Below are positions 11,401-23,705 of a stretch of 64,000 nucleotides of DNA, piece by piece. The DNA comes from Heptranchias perlo. Lineage: Eukaryota. The notes beneath the pieces are model-generated. The model worked only from the letters and a program-made list of their open reading frames with translations. It made no database searches and had not been told where the DNA came from. The position numbers and the translations under genes were made by a program. The stretch's first letter is position 1, and each line of letters opens with the position of its first letter. Location of the stretch: contig NC_090344.1 in the NCBI RefSeq assembly GCF_035084215.1, positions 47,554,001 through 47,618,000 on the forward strand, in the 5' to 3' direction.

Positions 11401-14400
11401 TGGCCTTGTTGGGGTGCCATCCAATTAGAATGGGTGAACCTGCCACTTAATTCCACTCAAATGGTGCTGGGGTGTAATGGGTGCATTTGAATATCTTTTA
11501 AGTTTCAGTTAACAACTCAATAATGCATAAATGTATTTACAAACTTGTTAAGAGTAGTGCACCAACCACTGTTACCTCACTTGTTTTCAAAGCATGGAAA
11601 GTCCAGCAAGTATCATCATTTAGCTATTGGTGTAAAGTGCACTCCCCATCTTTTTGAACCACACTGTTGGCCCTGACATTCCAGTCTGGTTCTAAGATGA
11701 ACAGTAACAATAGCTGTCTGCTTTTCCTTAAGCCTCCATGAATGAGGTGTTGTGCTGTATTTTTTTTTTAAAAATAGCCTGCTTCAAAGGTGCTGATTCA
11801 GTTTCTTTGGTAGGGATGTTTTGCAGATTGTGATGCTTTTTTAAAAAAAATAGTTTTAATCTAACTGTGAAGGTGGGGAAAGAAGTGGCTGAAATTGAAA
11901 AATGGGGTTTTAGAACAGCTTTTCACCAGAGGAATCTGCACTCATTAGATTAACATTTTTAGCTATGTGGTGATTATAGTTGTAGCCATAAGGTAAATAT
12001 ATTAATTGTGGCTGTTTAGGTATATTGAAATCTTCAGGAGCAGTCGAGGTGAGGTTCGAGCTTATCACGACCCTCCGAGAAGGTTAATGGGACAGCGGCC
12101 AGGACCCTATGACAGGCCAATGGGTGCAAGAACTGGCTATGGTGGTCCGGGGCCGATGAGAGGAGACATGTTTGACCGCTCACGCCGGGCATCTGCATAT
12201 GGTGGAGGTAAAAACATGTGAAGTTTTAATGATTTTGGTCCATTGGTGCCCCTGGCAAATTTTGAATTCATCGTTTTAAGTGGGGTACTGGGTACAGATC
12301 AAATTTATTTTGAATGATTCTTTTCAGTTCATGAGCACTTCCCTTTTAGTTGCGCCAGATCTTTTTGATACGAGGAAGTTTTAAAGATTCTCTTATTTTT
12401 TGCAGCTTGATGGTGTGTATCCTGGCCTTAAAAACAAAGATGTTTACATCTAACAATACGAGGAAATTCATTGAATGGGGATGCAATTTTAACTGGATAC
12501 AAGTTGTGTTTTGGTCATATCTTGCCAGAATTCTAAATTTATTTTTCTCTGTAGGTTATGGCAACTATGATGATTATGGTTATAATGACAACTATGGCTA
12601 TGGACGTGATGGCTATGGACACAATTCCAGAGGTGGTGGAATGATGGATCGAGGTGGGAGTCTCAACTGTTGGATGAAATTTCTGGTCTACATATTTGCT
12701 GTGGGGAGAAGACTTGTGTTAAAGCTGGAACTTGATTGATAATTTTAGCATCGGGCATTTGAAAAATTAGCTAGGAGCAAACAAGAAATCAAATAAGAAT
12801 TCCTCCTTCCTCCCCCTGGACCATGGCCCTACCGACAAACATCAAGCCATGGTTTCCCAGACAGTCACTGACCTCATCTCCTCTGGAGATCCCCCATGGC
12901 CTCCAACCTCATAGTCCACCAATCCCACACAGCCCGCTTCTACCTTCCCAAGTTCCACAAACAGGACTGCCTTGGGAGACCTGTCGTTTTAGTCTGTTCT
13001 TGCCCCATGGAACTTATTTCCTCCTATCTCAACTCTTTCTCCCCTTGTCCAATTTCTTCCAACCTGCATCCGCGACTCTTCTGGCCCCCCTCTGTCACTT
13101 GGACAGTTTCCAGTTCCCCAGCCCGAACCGTCTCCTTTTCACCGTGGATGTCCGGTCCCTCTACAGATCCAACCTGCATCAGGACGGCCTGCGGGTTCTC
13201 CGTTTCTTGAACTGAGGCCCGAATTAGTCCCCATCCACCACCACCCTCCTCCACCTGGCTGAACTTGTTCCAGCATTAAACAACTTCTCCTCTGACTCTA
13301 CTCATTTCCTCCAAATAAAAGGTGTCGCTGTGGGAATCCCATATGTGTCCCAACTATGCTTGCCTTTTTGTGGAGCATTCCTTTCAGTCCTACTCGGGTT
13401 ACGCCCTCACCTCTTTTTCCGGTACATTGTCAGTGTCGCTTCCTGCTCTCGCCCCGAACTGGAAAATTTCATCAACTTGGCTTCCAATTTCCACCCTTCA
13501 CATGGTCCATTACCTTGACTTCACTATCTCTATTTCTGGGGATAGGCTGTCAGCCAATATCTATGAGAAGCTCATCGACCCCCCCGCCCCCTCCCCAACC
13601 AAAACGGCTATCTTAATTACGCTTCTTCCCACCCTGCTTCCTGTAAGGACTCTATTCCCTACTCAGTTTCTCGGACTCAGTCGCATCTGTTCTGATCATG
13701 CCACCTTCCAGACCAGTGCTTCAGATATGTCTTCCTTTTTCCTCACCTGAGGATTCCACTCCACTGTAATTGATAGGGCCCATGACCATGTCTGTCCTGT
13801 TTCCCACACTAATGCCCTCACCTCTTCCCTTCCTTCCCAGAACCATGATAGGGTCTCCCTTGTCCTCACCTTCCACCCCACCAGCCTCCACATTCAGCAC
13901 ATCATCCTTTGCCATTTCCGCCACCTCCAGCGCGATCCCACCACCAAATACATCTTTCCCTCCTAGCATTTTGAAGGAACAGCTCCCTCCGCGACACCCT
14001 GGTCCACTCTTCCATCGCCCGCTCTCCACTGCACCTTCCCGTGCAGGAGATGCAAATTTCACCTCCCTTCTCACTGTCGAGGGCCCCAAACACTCCTTCC
14101 AGATGAAGCAGCGACTTACTTGTACTTTTAATTTAGTGTACTGTATTTGCTGCTCACAGTGCAGCCTCCTCGACATTGGGGTGACCAATCCCAGATTGGG
14201 TGATCGCTTTGCTGAAAACCTATGCACTGTCTGCAAGAATGACCCTGACCTGCCGGTTGCTTGCCATTTTAATTCTGCATCCCACTCTGACCTCTTTAGT
14301 CTTACACTGTTCCAAATAAGCTCAAGGAACAGAACCTTGTCGTTCGTTTAGGCGCTTTACAACCGTCTGGACTCAACATTGATTTCAATAACTTGAGACC

Positions 14401-17400
14401 ATAATCACTGCTCCCTTTTTTATTGATCTGGTTATGCTGCTGCCATTCACAGCTCCTCCAGACCAATCTTTTGTTTCTTAACTTGTTCCATTACCACCCT
14501 CCTTTCCTTGCACAGTCATCCCTTTTGTCATTTAATCACTCTTGCCCTCTACCCTATCGCAGATCTTCCCTTTTGTTCTTTCTTCCTTTCTCTCTTACCC
14601 CCAACCCCCCCCCCTTGGCTTTATGCTTGCTTAAAAACTGTCAACTCTTTAATATTTTCCAGTTCTGACGAAAGATGTTCGACCTGAAACGTTAACTTTC
14701 TTTCGCCACAGATGCTGCCTCACTTGCTGAGCTTTTCCAGCATTTTCTGTTTTTAAACAAGAAATCAATTGGTTTATTACCCCATGAATGCGTTAAACTA
14801 ATTGCTATTGGAATTACATGTCAAGTTTGTACTGTAGAGATGAAATAAGTAAACTGATGTGTGATAACCTACTGGTGGGGGGGAAAATAACTCATTTGTG
14901 GCAGAGACATGCATGGATGTCTGAATATTTGTTTGTCTTTTGAAATGTGATTTGGGTTCTGGCTTTAGGCACCTTCCACTCTGAATTCAGGTTCTAATGT
15001 TTTGAATGACTATTAATGTGCTTTGATTTATTCAGGGATGGGCAACCGTGGTTATGGTGGAGCAGGAGATGCCAGCCCCCTCTTTCAGAATGGTACAGGT
15101 CATTATGTACACATGAGAGGATTACCTTTCAGAGCTTCTGAAGGAGATGTTGCTGATGTAAGTATGACTTTTGGGAATTATATTCCTTCGTCAATGTGTC
15201 TTACGTGGGAAAGGAAGTCTAATGTAAAACTTCAGGACAAATCAGTGAAAACTTTGGGGAACAAATGTCTTTCTGCCACACTCATTTCAAGTATGAGCAA
15301 TTTGTCAATTTAGTTTCTAATTTTATACTCTTGTATGTGCATAAACTGAGAAGAGGAGCTTGGTGATAGTGAGTTGGTATACTGGTTTTTCACTTTGCAA
15401 ACTGACTCAAACCCACTGTTGGAATGGAAGTTTCCTGCCTGTAAGATCATGTGTGAAATGAGTGTTGGTATTTAGAACCCAGTGTTCATGGGCCACAGCA
15501 CAACACTGCATATTTAGCACTGGTCATCTCTTCAGTTGACCCAGCGCTTCATATTACATTTGAAGTGTGCTGTACTTGACCTGGCAGTGCTCCATACTGA
15601 CATGAGCTGCCCAAAATCAAATTCCTGTATTTCCACCACCAGCATCCCTCATTTTGAACACTGACACTAAGAATGTTTGTTTTGCTTTGTTACACAATAC
15701 GGGGGGTGGGGGGGGGGTGGATTCAAATACTAAATACGCCATTTACAACTGTTCAACTTCCATTCCCTGTAGTTTTTTTCACCGCTGATTCCTGTAAAGA
15801 TCAATTTTGAATATGGTTCTGATGGTCGCCTGACTGGAGAGGCTGACGTTGAGTTTGCTACTCATGAAGATGCTGTTGCTGCCATGTCTAAAGACAAAGC
15901 ACATATGCGTGAGTACTTTATCATGTAATGTGCTATGAATGGAAGGCTAACTACCATGTAGTTCAGGGATAACATCTACATAAGTTAGGCCTGTTTAATT
16001 TATTTTGCCTTTTTGAGAGCGCATGTATGTAACTAGTTTATCTCCATTCTATTCCCTTTTGTATTGTCCAAACGTTGCCTTGTATTTGGAACGGCATCCT
16101 CCATGAGAGTGTCCTGGCAAGGTTGATTTCAAATTTGAGTCAAGGGATCTGAGAAGTATCTTGTCCCATCTGTCACTGCAAGATTTAAACAGTGACTCTT
16201 ATAATTCTGTGTTTCATTTAAGAGCTCAACTGTCATGTTGGAAATCAAGACTGGTGGCTTTCTCCCATGTCAATAGTGTGCCTTTTTAACAAGCTCAATA
16301 AAGAATTTTGATTGCTGTTTTCATCCTGTTGTGCATTTAGCACAAATTGTGTAATACATACTTCTGTATTTTCCAGTTTTTTATTAATATTGTTTTGTAA
16401 ACATTCAAAAGTGAGCTTAATTGCTTTTGGACATGGTGCTCATTCTGAAACTGTTTGTTTGCTAATGTGCAATCACAAATGTGAAATCATGTACGTTATT
16501 AACTGAAATTTCACATCTTTTTAGAACATCGATATATTGAGTTGTTCCTGGACTCAACTGCCAATATGGGAAGTGGGCCTGGTGCTTATGGAAACCACAG
16601 AATGGGTGGCATGGGCATGGGAATGGATCATTATACGACAGGTGGTTATTGTAAGATTCTGACATATTTTACATTTGTAAAGCTATTAATTCAAAATGTC
16701 CATTATGACTAATATGCAATGTCTGGTATAGTGATGCTTCTCAGTTTCAAAAAAGCAACAAAAAAATTTGTGGGCCTGAGCTAAAGTCCAAAGTTTGGGT
16801 GAGGGTGATTCTGAATCCATCAAATCATGTTGACATTAGAGTGTTAGTTTCTGTTGACTTACAAGCCAGTCAAAATGGATGAAGGACTTCGGTTATGTGG
16901 CTAGACTGGCGAAGCTGGAGTTTTATTGCTTGGAACAGAGATGGTTGTGAGGAGATTTGGTAGAGGTATTCAAAATCATAGGTTCTGGACAGAATAGATA
17001 AAAAGAAACTGTTCCCATTAGCGGAAGGGTCAAGAACCATAGATTTGAGGTGATTGGCAAAAGAACCAAACATGACATGAGGAAAAAGTTTGTAACACAG
17101 CGAGTGGTTAGCATCTGGAATGCACTGCCCGAGGGGGTAGTTGGAGGCAGATTCAATCGTGGCCTTCAAAAGGGAATGGGGTATGTACTTGAAAGTAAAT
17201 TTGCAGGGCTACAGGGATAGGGCAGGGGGGTGGGATGAGCTGGATTGCTCTTGCAAAGTGCTGACGTGGACTCTGGGCCGACTGGCCACCTTCCGTGCTG
17301 CAACCTTTCTGTGATTCTGTGGTCAATTGTTCTGTTAACTGTGATGCTAAACTGACACAAAATGTCTGCTACACCTGTAAACCAAGAAACACTGGAATGT

Positions 17401-18780
17401 TTTTTGCCTGATTTGTGAAGACTTTTGTACCACGGGCACATTAGCTTCCAGATGTTAATTTTACTGATGTTGACCAATTAAATGTTCGGTGACAAGTTAT
17501 GAGGGCAGTTGGCTGAAGCATGGATACCGGAAATATCCATTTATAACGCAAATACATCAACACTGCCCTTGGAGAAAATTCCATTAGATAAAGTGGTTCT
17601 CTTTTTCCCCCCCCCAGCTATTTATTCAAACCACTCCCCTAAACTGACCAAAATTAATTAAGTTAGCCATCTTATAAAATCTGTACTTCTTCGCTTTAAG
17701 GCATGTTTGCCTCTCGGCATGGCATTTTGAGACTTCTCCTGCAGGTGTACATCTTGTTTTGAATGTAGGTAGTTCGCATGTTGAATTTCTCGTGCCGTTG
17801 AGTGTAGTGTGACCAGCAGAAATGACAAACCATGCAGATCGTATATTGACTGCCTGGCTTTTGGCAGAGGGTGGTTTGAAAATTATATACTGTGAAGTGG
17901 TTGCAGTGGCATTTATTAATGTCCTTGCTTTGGGGTGTGTTTTCCTTGCAGGGAGACAAAGGCTACAATTATGCTGCGCTAAATGTTTAATGGTCTCTTG
18001 AAGGGAAAGCATTTGATACCTTGGGGCTTCAGTACGTATGACTATCTCCTGCCATATTGCCTCTTTTGTGTTTGTGCACTGCGCTGCTTGGAAAAAGTGG
18101 CAGAATAATTGTACTCGAGCAGGATGGTGGCTGCTCTTGGGTGCCACCTGTGAGCAACGTCATGAGTGGCACAGGCATGGGAGCAAGTTGATGACTGTTG
18201 CTCTTGATGATTCAAGATGGAGGGATTGATGAAACATCTAAACATTTTCTTTTGATACACAGGCAACCAAGGAGGCTATGGGCATAACAGTCAGGGTATG
18301 GGAAATAGCTATGGCAATATGGGAAGTAACTATGGTGGATATGGAAATGCTGGAAACACACGTGGATTTGGTAAGTGTTGTTGCTGCTTGTCCTGAATCT
18401 TTGGTTCCCAAATATTGATCAGGCTTCCTTTGCAAACAAACATGCTGTTCGGAGAATTAGTTGCAAGTATAATGGTAAAAGTAAAGTTCATGCAATTGAA
18501 TGAAGAGTGGTTGGCCGTATTAAGGATTGAAGAGCAGTTCACTAGGCTGTGCTTCCCTTCTACATTTATAACGTTACTTTGTGCACTCTAAACTTAAGAT
18601 GTTGGTGCTTAAGTAGTTTTTGAGAAATGCAAATCAGGAAATGGCTTTTCTTCAAAATTGTGTTTTTTTTTCATTATAGGCTACGGTGGTATGGGAGGAG
18701 GTGGGTATTCCAACAACCCCAATCAGAACATGGGAATGGGAAACTTGGCAGACACAAACATGGCTGGATGGAGAATGTAA
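2325..18780 (+). CDS. hnRNP H/F-family protein (H1/H3-like), 3 qRRMs plus Gly/Tyr-rich regions, 462 aa, 11 coding exons
   Basis: join(2325-2403,4140-4295,5804-5947,9556-9694,12020-12207,12555-12653,15036-15157,15773-15908,16525-16641,18263-18370,18680-18780) = 1389 nt, all GT-AG, phases compatible, no internal stop. Motifs [26 protein letters not shown], three HRYIE ends. Confidence 0.92.
4140..4295 (+). CDS. hnRNP H-like coding exon 2 ([13 protein letters not shown]...MGHRYIE)
   Basis: TTTTAG acceptor, GTAAGC donor, qRRM1 [11 protein letters not shown]. Confidence 0.93.
5130..5505 (+). mobile_element. CR1-type LINE 3' fragment
   Basis: AGAATGAGAGGTGATCTCATTGAAAC...GGTGGAGCAGGCTCGAGG; same family as 48200-49258. 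Confidence 0.7.
5804..5947 (+). CDS. hnRNP H-like coding exon 3 ([15 protein letters not shown]...ILQFFT)
   Basis: CGCAG acceptor, GTACTT donor, qRRM2 start. Confidence 0.93.
9556..9694 (+). CDS. hnRNP H-like coding exon 4, 139 nt ([27 protein letters not shown]...KERIGHR)
   Basis: TTGGGTTGAAG acceptor and GTGGGGATGG donor, as recalled for the conserved HNRNPH1/H3 exon. Confidence 0.95.
12020..12207 (+). CDS. hnRNP H-like coding exon 5 (YIEIFRSS...QRPGPYDRP...AYGG)
   Basis: TTTAG acceptor, GTAAAA donor; contains the PY-NLS-type RPGPY motif. Confidence 0.93.
12555..12653 (+). CDS. hnRNP H-like coding exon 6 ([15 protein letters not shown]...MMDR)
   Basis: CTGTAG acceptor, GTGGGA donor; GY-rich linker. 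Confidence 0.85.
12793..14754 (+). mobile_element. Degenerate Penelope-like element (RT + GIY-YIG endonuclease) with 14-bp TSD and 3' hammerhead motif
   Basis: Frameshifted RT motifs ([26 protein letters not shown]) and a GIY-YIG-like region ([27 protein letters not shown]). AAACAAGAAATCAA duplicated at 12779-12792 and 14755-14768. Confidence 0.88.
14661..14697 (+). ncRNA. Minimal type I hammerhead ribozyme motif in the Penelope 3' repeat (stem II degenerate)
   Basis: AGTT-CTGACGA-A-[stem II]-GAAA-CGTT-AACT: stem I AGTT/AACT, palindromic AACGTT in place of stem III. Confidence 0.6.
15036..15157 (+). CDS. hnRNP H-like coding exon 7 ([14 protein letters not shown]...[16 protein letters not shown])
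   Basis: TTCAG acceptor, GTAAGT donor; qRRM3 start. Confidence 0.92.
15773..15908 (+). CDS. hnRNP H-like coding exon 8 ([10 protein letters not shown]...[25 protein letters not shown])
   Basis: CTGTAG acceptor, GTGAGT donor; qRRM3 core. Confidence 0.93.
16525..16641 (+). CDS. hnRNP H-like coding exon 9 ([13 protein letters not shown]...DHYTT)
   Basis: TTTTAG acceptor; donor AG|GTGGTT, with an alternative same-phase donor GTAAGA at 16651. Confidence 0.8.
16878..17320 (+). mobile_element. CR1-type LINE 3' fragment
   Basis: Closely similar to 32040-32488 (GATGAAGGACTTCGGTTATGTGG...TGGAATGCACTGCCCGAGGGGG). Confidence 0.8.
18263..18370 (+). CDS. hnRNP H-like coding exon 10 ([14 protein letters not shown]...TRGF)
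   Basis: ACACAG acceptor, GTAAGT donor; G/N/Y/M low-complexity domain. Confidence 0.85.
18680..18780 (+). CDS. hnRNP H-like last coding exon ([11 protein letters not shown]...MAGWRM*)
   Basis: T-rich TATAG acceptor; TAA at 18778-18780; GWRM end resembles the HNRNPH3 C-terminus. Confidence 0.85.
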
Positions 18781-20034
18781 ACTGTTAATGTTACAGCAAT
18801 CAGGCCATGAGCCGGAAGCTTCAAGAACCCAAACTCTGCCACAATTTCAAAATGGATGACCAATGCAGCATCATTGCTGTTTGTTTTCTTCAAAACCAAA
18901 AGCAGTAATATTTTTACTAATAGAGCTACTTTGCAATTCTTTTTATTTTTTTACATGTTTTGGTGTAAACATATGAAAAGCCCATGTTGCCCAAACATTG
19001 GGTAACCCGATTTGTTTGAAGCTTCGGGTATTCGACCTGATGTAGAGGGGAAAAATTGTTTTGACAATTTTGGACTCGAGTGAATGTGGCAAATCGAAGT
19101 AAACATCTAGTACAAAGCCTTCTTTTGATGAACTCTTACATTTTATTATTTTAACTAAACTAAATCTAACTTTAGATCATCTTTAAAAAATATGCTCAGA
19201 TGAGCAAGTTGTGTGATTTGTGTATGCAATTTTCTACTTTGGTGGTACCATTTAAAAATGGGGAAGGGTTCAACTTGGTATTCTTTGGTATTTACCAGAA
19301 ACTATTGGACCACCAATGAAATATCTCCACAATTTGTTCAATTTAAGGTTCTTGTCACATATATGTGGAGATGTGCAGTTATGGGCATCTGATAGAGCAT
19401 CCTTTAGCATTGGTGTCTTTCTGAAGCAATTTCTGTCCCATTATTTGCTCTTTAGCCCACTACTGCAAATACTGTTCCAAGTTCCACTTTGTTTCATGAT
19501 TTTTCTTTTCTGTCATCCTGTTTTTTTTCATTGCTCTCTTGCCCATTCAATCGCAGCTAGCCATGAGTTTCTCAGTTGGGTTGAGATGCGACAGCTCCTG
19601 GCCCATTCCAGTTAGGGCGTATCATCCTGTTTCGACTTTCTGGAATGCTGTAATTGACAAAAGCCAAGGAGCAGATGTATGGTGTTAAGCGGATGTTGAG
19701 CTGTCAGTTTAGATGTATTGAGCGTTTGGCATTGGAAATCCTGACCCTTTTTTTCCAGCAGTTGCTATGTTGAATTTTTTTTTAAAGTCTGTGTCTGGTT
19801 CACATGGTATTTTAACCTTGATTCTTAATTTTTTTGACTGTTCGCAATGTAGTTTTAAAAATGAGAAATGTATCTTTGTACCTTTCTACAAGAGGTGCTT
19901 TTTTTTTGGTTACCATGCTTTGTTCAGTGGGATCTATTGACTTTGACCCTTCAATGTGCAGCTTCTGAAATCTGCGCATTTTGTTAAACATCTGCGAAAG
20001 AGATGACTTACTGTACATTTCTAATGGTGAATAT

Positions 20035-20040
20035 AATAAA
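20035..20040 (+). terminator. Candidate polyadenylation signal of the hnRNP H-like gene
   Basis: AATAAA about 1.25 kb after the stop, closing a U-rich repeat-free 3'UTR-like stretch. Confidence 0.5.
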
Positions 20041-21419
20041 GTGTAATTTCAGAAATATGCGGCACAGGACGCGATTTGTTCGGGGCATGCAGGGGACGGT
20101 TGCTCTCAATAGGGCTGTAGTTAATGCTTGAACTTCTATGCACAAAATTGCCAACTCTCCATTTATGCAATAGATCTTCTGCCATTTAGCATGGAGAAGC
20201 TGGGGAACTTATGAAGAACTTTGTACATAGATGCCAACTGCACAGCAAGTTCCTGCAAATAAGATAAATGTTGCCAAACGTGCAAGGAACGCACTGCTTC
20301 ACAAATCTTGCTTTTTATCCACCTATTTGGACTGGCACAATCTCCGTTTAATAACGCATTTGGGGAAAAAGCACTTATGATGATGTAGCCCTTCCTCTGC
20401 ACTGCAGTGTTGGGCTGTAATGTGTTCAGGTCCTGAAGTGGAGGTTGAGCCGACAAACTTCCTGACTCCATTGGTAACACTCATCTAATCCGATTCCTAT
20501 TGGAGAATTAATCCACATCTCGTGTTGCAGCTTTTGTTTTCTCCATCTAGAATCACTTTTTTAAAAATGGTCTGGCACAAATGGTTTCCCTTTATATTTT
20601 TTCTTGGATGTTTGTGGGAAAAGTAACCAGGTGGAGGTGAACGTCAGACCTGGAAAGAATTGCAACCATGTCAGTGAGACCCTCGGCATTCTGTGGTTGC
20701 AAGAGCATTAAGATGACAAGAGATCCCTTTGTGCTAACCTTAATGTTTTTAGCAGTGTCTTCACCTGACTGTTTTCAAGATCACAATTAACAATGTATAT
20801 TGGCTCTTGATGTACCAATTCTTTCCCCTGAGTAGTATCAGTTTATTGAGGGCTAAGGGATTTTATGTTGTCACAATGTATGTCACTTACAGCAAAAATT
20901 AAATTAACATATGCAGTTTGCTTCTACCAAACAGTACTTCAATTTGACAGTCTTTGCAATTAGCTTTCGACTATAATTTTTTTCTGTGATGTAAGCTGTT
21001 TAAGTGGGGTGCATTGTCAATTTTGGCATGAATGCTGTTTTTGTAAATCAACTTACCCAAAAATTGATAAAATGAAGAGCTGGTAAGTGTGGGTGAAGTT
21101 AGCCCAATGTATGATAGCAACACAGATGTATTGAATATAAACTGAAGTAGCATTTTCTGCTTTAGTATGCACTTCACCTGTACCACTATGCAGATAAATG
21201 GTTGCTTGCCTTAAAGTTTGAGTAACTTGTGTGCACCATGGATGCTTTCCAAATTCTGGGAATCAGAGCACATTTTATACATCGCTAGGTAGTGTGGCCA
21301 ATTCTCGGCAGCACACTTTAAGAAGGATGTCAGCGACTTGGAGAGGGTGCAGAGGATATTGATTGTGAGTGAGAATGTTGCTGCACATTTGTCATTCAAT
21401 CACAATAGGTACTTCACAG

Positions 21420-22040
21420 GACTGTTCTGAAACAAAATTTGACAGAGCCACGAGATCTTACGACAGGTGCCCACAAGCTTGGTGAAGCAGAGAGGTTTCA
21501 AAGGAGGGGAGAGGTGCAGAAGGTTATGGAGGGGAATGCAAGAGCTTAGGGATTGGCAGCTGAATAACTACCACTAGTGGAGTGATTAAAATTCGGGATG
21601 TACAAGAGGCCAGAATTGGAGGAGGGCCGAGATCTCTGGTTGGAGGATGCTGGGGAGAGGTGAGGTTGTGGAGTGATTTGAAAACGAGAATTTTAAAATT
21701 GAGCTGTTGCCCAACTGGAAACCACTATCGATCAACAAGCAGAGGTGGTGAGTGAACAAGACATGGTGTGAGTTTGGATATGGACATCAGTTTTGGATGA
21801 GCTCAAGTTTATGGAGGGTGGACGATTGGAGGCCGGCCTGGAGAGCATTGGCATCGTCAAATCTGGAGGTAACAAAGGCATGGATGAGGGTTTCAGCGGG
21901 TGAACTGAGGCGGGGCAGAGATCGGCGATGTTACGGAGGTCAAAGCAGGCGGTTTTGCTGATGGGGAGCGGTAGCTCGCTTTGGGTCAAATGGGCTGCCA
22001 AGGGTGCGAACAGACTAGTTCAGTTTCACACACTGTCTAG
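21420..22040 (-). mobile_element. L2-type LINE fragment
   Basis: Minus-strand remnants of the L2 ORF2 C-terminus (HLRNIA-like, AFVTSRFDxANALQAGL). Confidence 0.6.
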
Positions 22041-22716
22041 GGAGAAGGAAACTTAAAGTTGCACATTGATCAAAAATTAGATTAAATTCTGTTAATTTTA
22101 ATACCCTCAGCTGTTGTAGAGCCTGGGAATAAGTTACCTCCTGAAATGCAGACAATAAACTTGGAAGAAATTTATTTTTCACGGATGAAGCGCAAATTAT
22201 ATCTTTAGTTTTGAATCCAACTGCTAACAATATGCTCTTGACGTGAAGACATCTAAGCTACTTATAGTTGTGCCGTTAGCAGGATTAGCAATCCCCTCTT
22301 ATCTGCTTCACAAAAAGATAAAGTCGTTCCACACTCTTGCTAGATATAGTTGCATAGATACTGGAAGACCTCCAGAGGGCAACCTAGCAGAACCTAAACT
22401 TCTTGTGGCAGAACCCCCTTGACATATGTTGCAGCATAATTCTCTGTCTAGAATTTTCATCAAATTGTTTCTTTTGCCGCCACCATCTGGGAATCAAATA
22501 TTTGTAACTTCTTAAAGAGGAACGGTCATTAATCTGAAACGACAATGCTACCTTTTTGATCGGAATTTCTCGCATTTCCTGTTATTCGTAACTTCCCACT
22601 CTTTGGCTCAGTACCATACCACATGTACTTAACCCACTTTTGACCATCAAGTGCCAGTTTTTTAATGTACAGTGGGGTATGATACTGAATCATTTCCCTA
22701 CCAAACAGCACCGTGC

Positions 22717-22832
22717 GAGAACCTTCACCACACGGACTGCAGTGGTTCGAGAAGGTAACTCGTCACCATCTTCTCGAGCGGTTCGGGATGGGCATTTAAT
22801 GCTGGCTTTGCCAGCGACACCCACATCCCATG
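22717..22832 (+). mobile_element. Short CR1-type LINE 3' end
   Basis: GAGAACCTTCACCACACGGACTGCAG...CCCACATCCCATG, repeated at 35330-35450 and 51520-51650. Confidence 0.7.
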
Positions 22833-23439
22833 GCTCTATGTGGCTTAGGGGTGCTTTTCCGATGTTGAGTGTCTACTGAGCGCTAGTGTTTATTGGTACA
22901 ATCCTTATTGTTGCAGCCATGGAGAAAGCGGAAATCAGATGGCGATGCCAATATACTTGGACGCCTGGCGTGAAGCAGCAGCTGCTGAGCCGTCCCTCTG
23001 GGCACTAACTACCTTCACGAATTACTCATTGCTATTTAGTCACATTAGGAGAGGTGCAACATTTTTAAAAATTAGCGCCCAGTCTGTTGCAGTTGGACAG
23101 CGTAGCCGGGGGAAATAGCGTCCCATGAAAATATACAGAGGAGCCATCCTTTCGTAAGCAATCAATGCTTGCGGTTAAGAGCGGGGGTAATCGAGGCTTT
23201 TCTTGGAGCGTATAATGGATTTGAGGATGAGCTTGCAAAATCTGCCTGATGTACAGGTCTTGGAGGGAAATGAAAGGAAAGTGGTTTTCAGCTTTGTTCC
23301 ATTGTATTTTATATCTACTGCTTTAACGGTGAGGTTTTCTGCAAAAAAAAATTATACTTTTTCCCACTCTGCGGAGCTGCAAGTGTGCGAGGCGATTAAA
23401 AGCGGGGAATAATAAACCACAATTATTAATTTGTGTTCC

Positions 23440-23705
23440 CTCTCCCGCGCAATGAAACAAGGAAGCTGGTGACGTCCCATTGTTGCGCGGCAACCGAATT
23501 AGAAACAGATGATCGACAACCGCTTGGCCAATGACGAGCGCCGCCATCCATTGCTACAGGGCTCCGAGCCGACCAATGGGGCCGAGCGTCAGGCGGGAAG
23601 TGTCGTTTCCCCCCCCCCGCCCTCTTTGCTTACGTCAGAGGGATGTAAAAAGGCAGGTACAAGCCGCCGAGCATCCTCGGTCCCCGGCAACTGCACCGCA
23701 GCAAC
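23440..23705 (+). promoter_or_regulatory. MTHFD2 CpG-island promoter
   Basis: CCAAT at 23528 and 23573, TGACGTC at 23470, TTACGTCA at 23630; CpG-rich up to the ATG at 23706. Confidence 0.7.

Noticed and set aside
13770-14351. 193-aa ORF as a host gene
   Set aside because: Frameshifted Penelope GIY-YIG remnant.
17690-18230. Intronic snoRNA or alternative exon (GCATG motifs, short hairpin, several acceptors)
   Set aside because: No convincing C/D or H/ACA box arrangement and no well-paired splice sites.
2325-18780. Assigning the symbol HNRNPH1, HNRNPH3, HNRNPF or GRSF1
   Set aside because: Sequence is a mosaic of H1 and H3 features and the synteny fits none of them; needs phylogeny.
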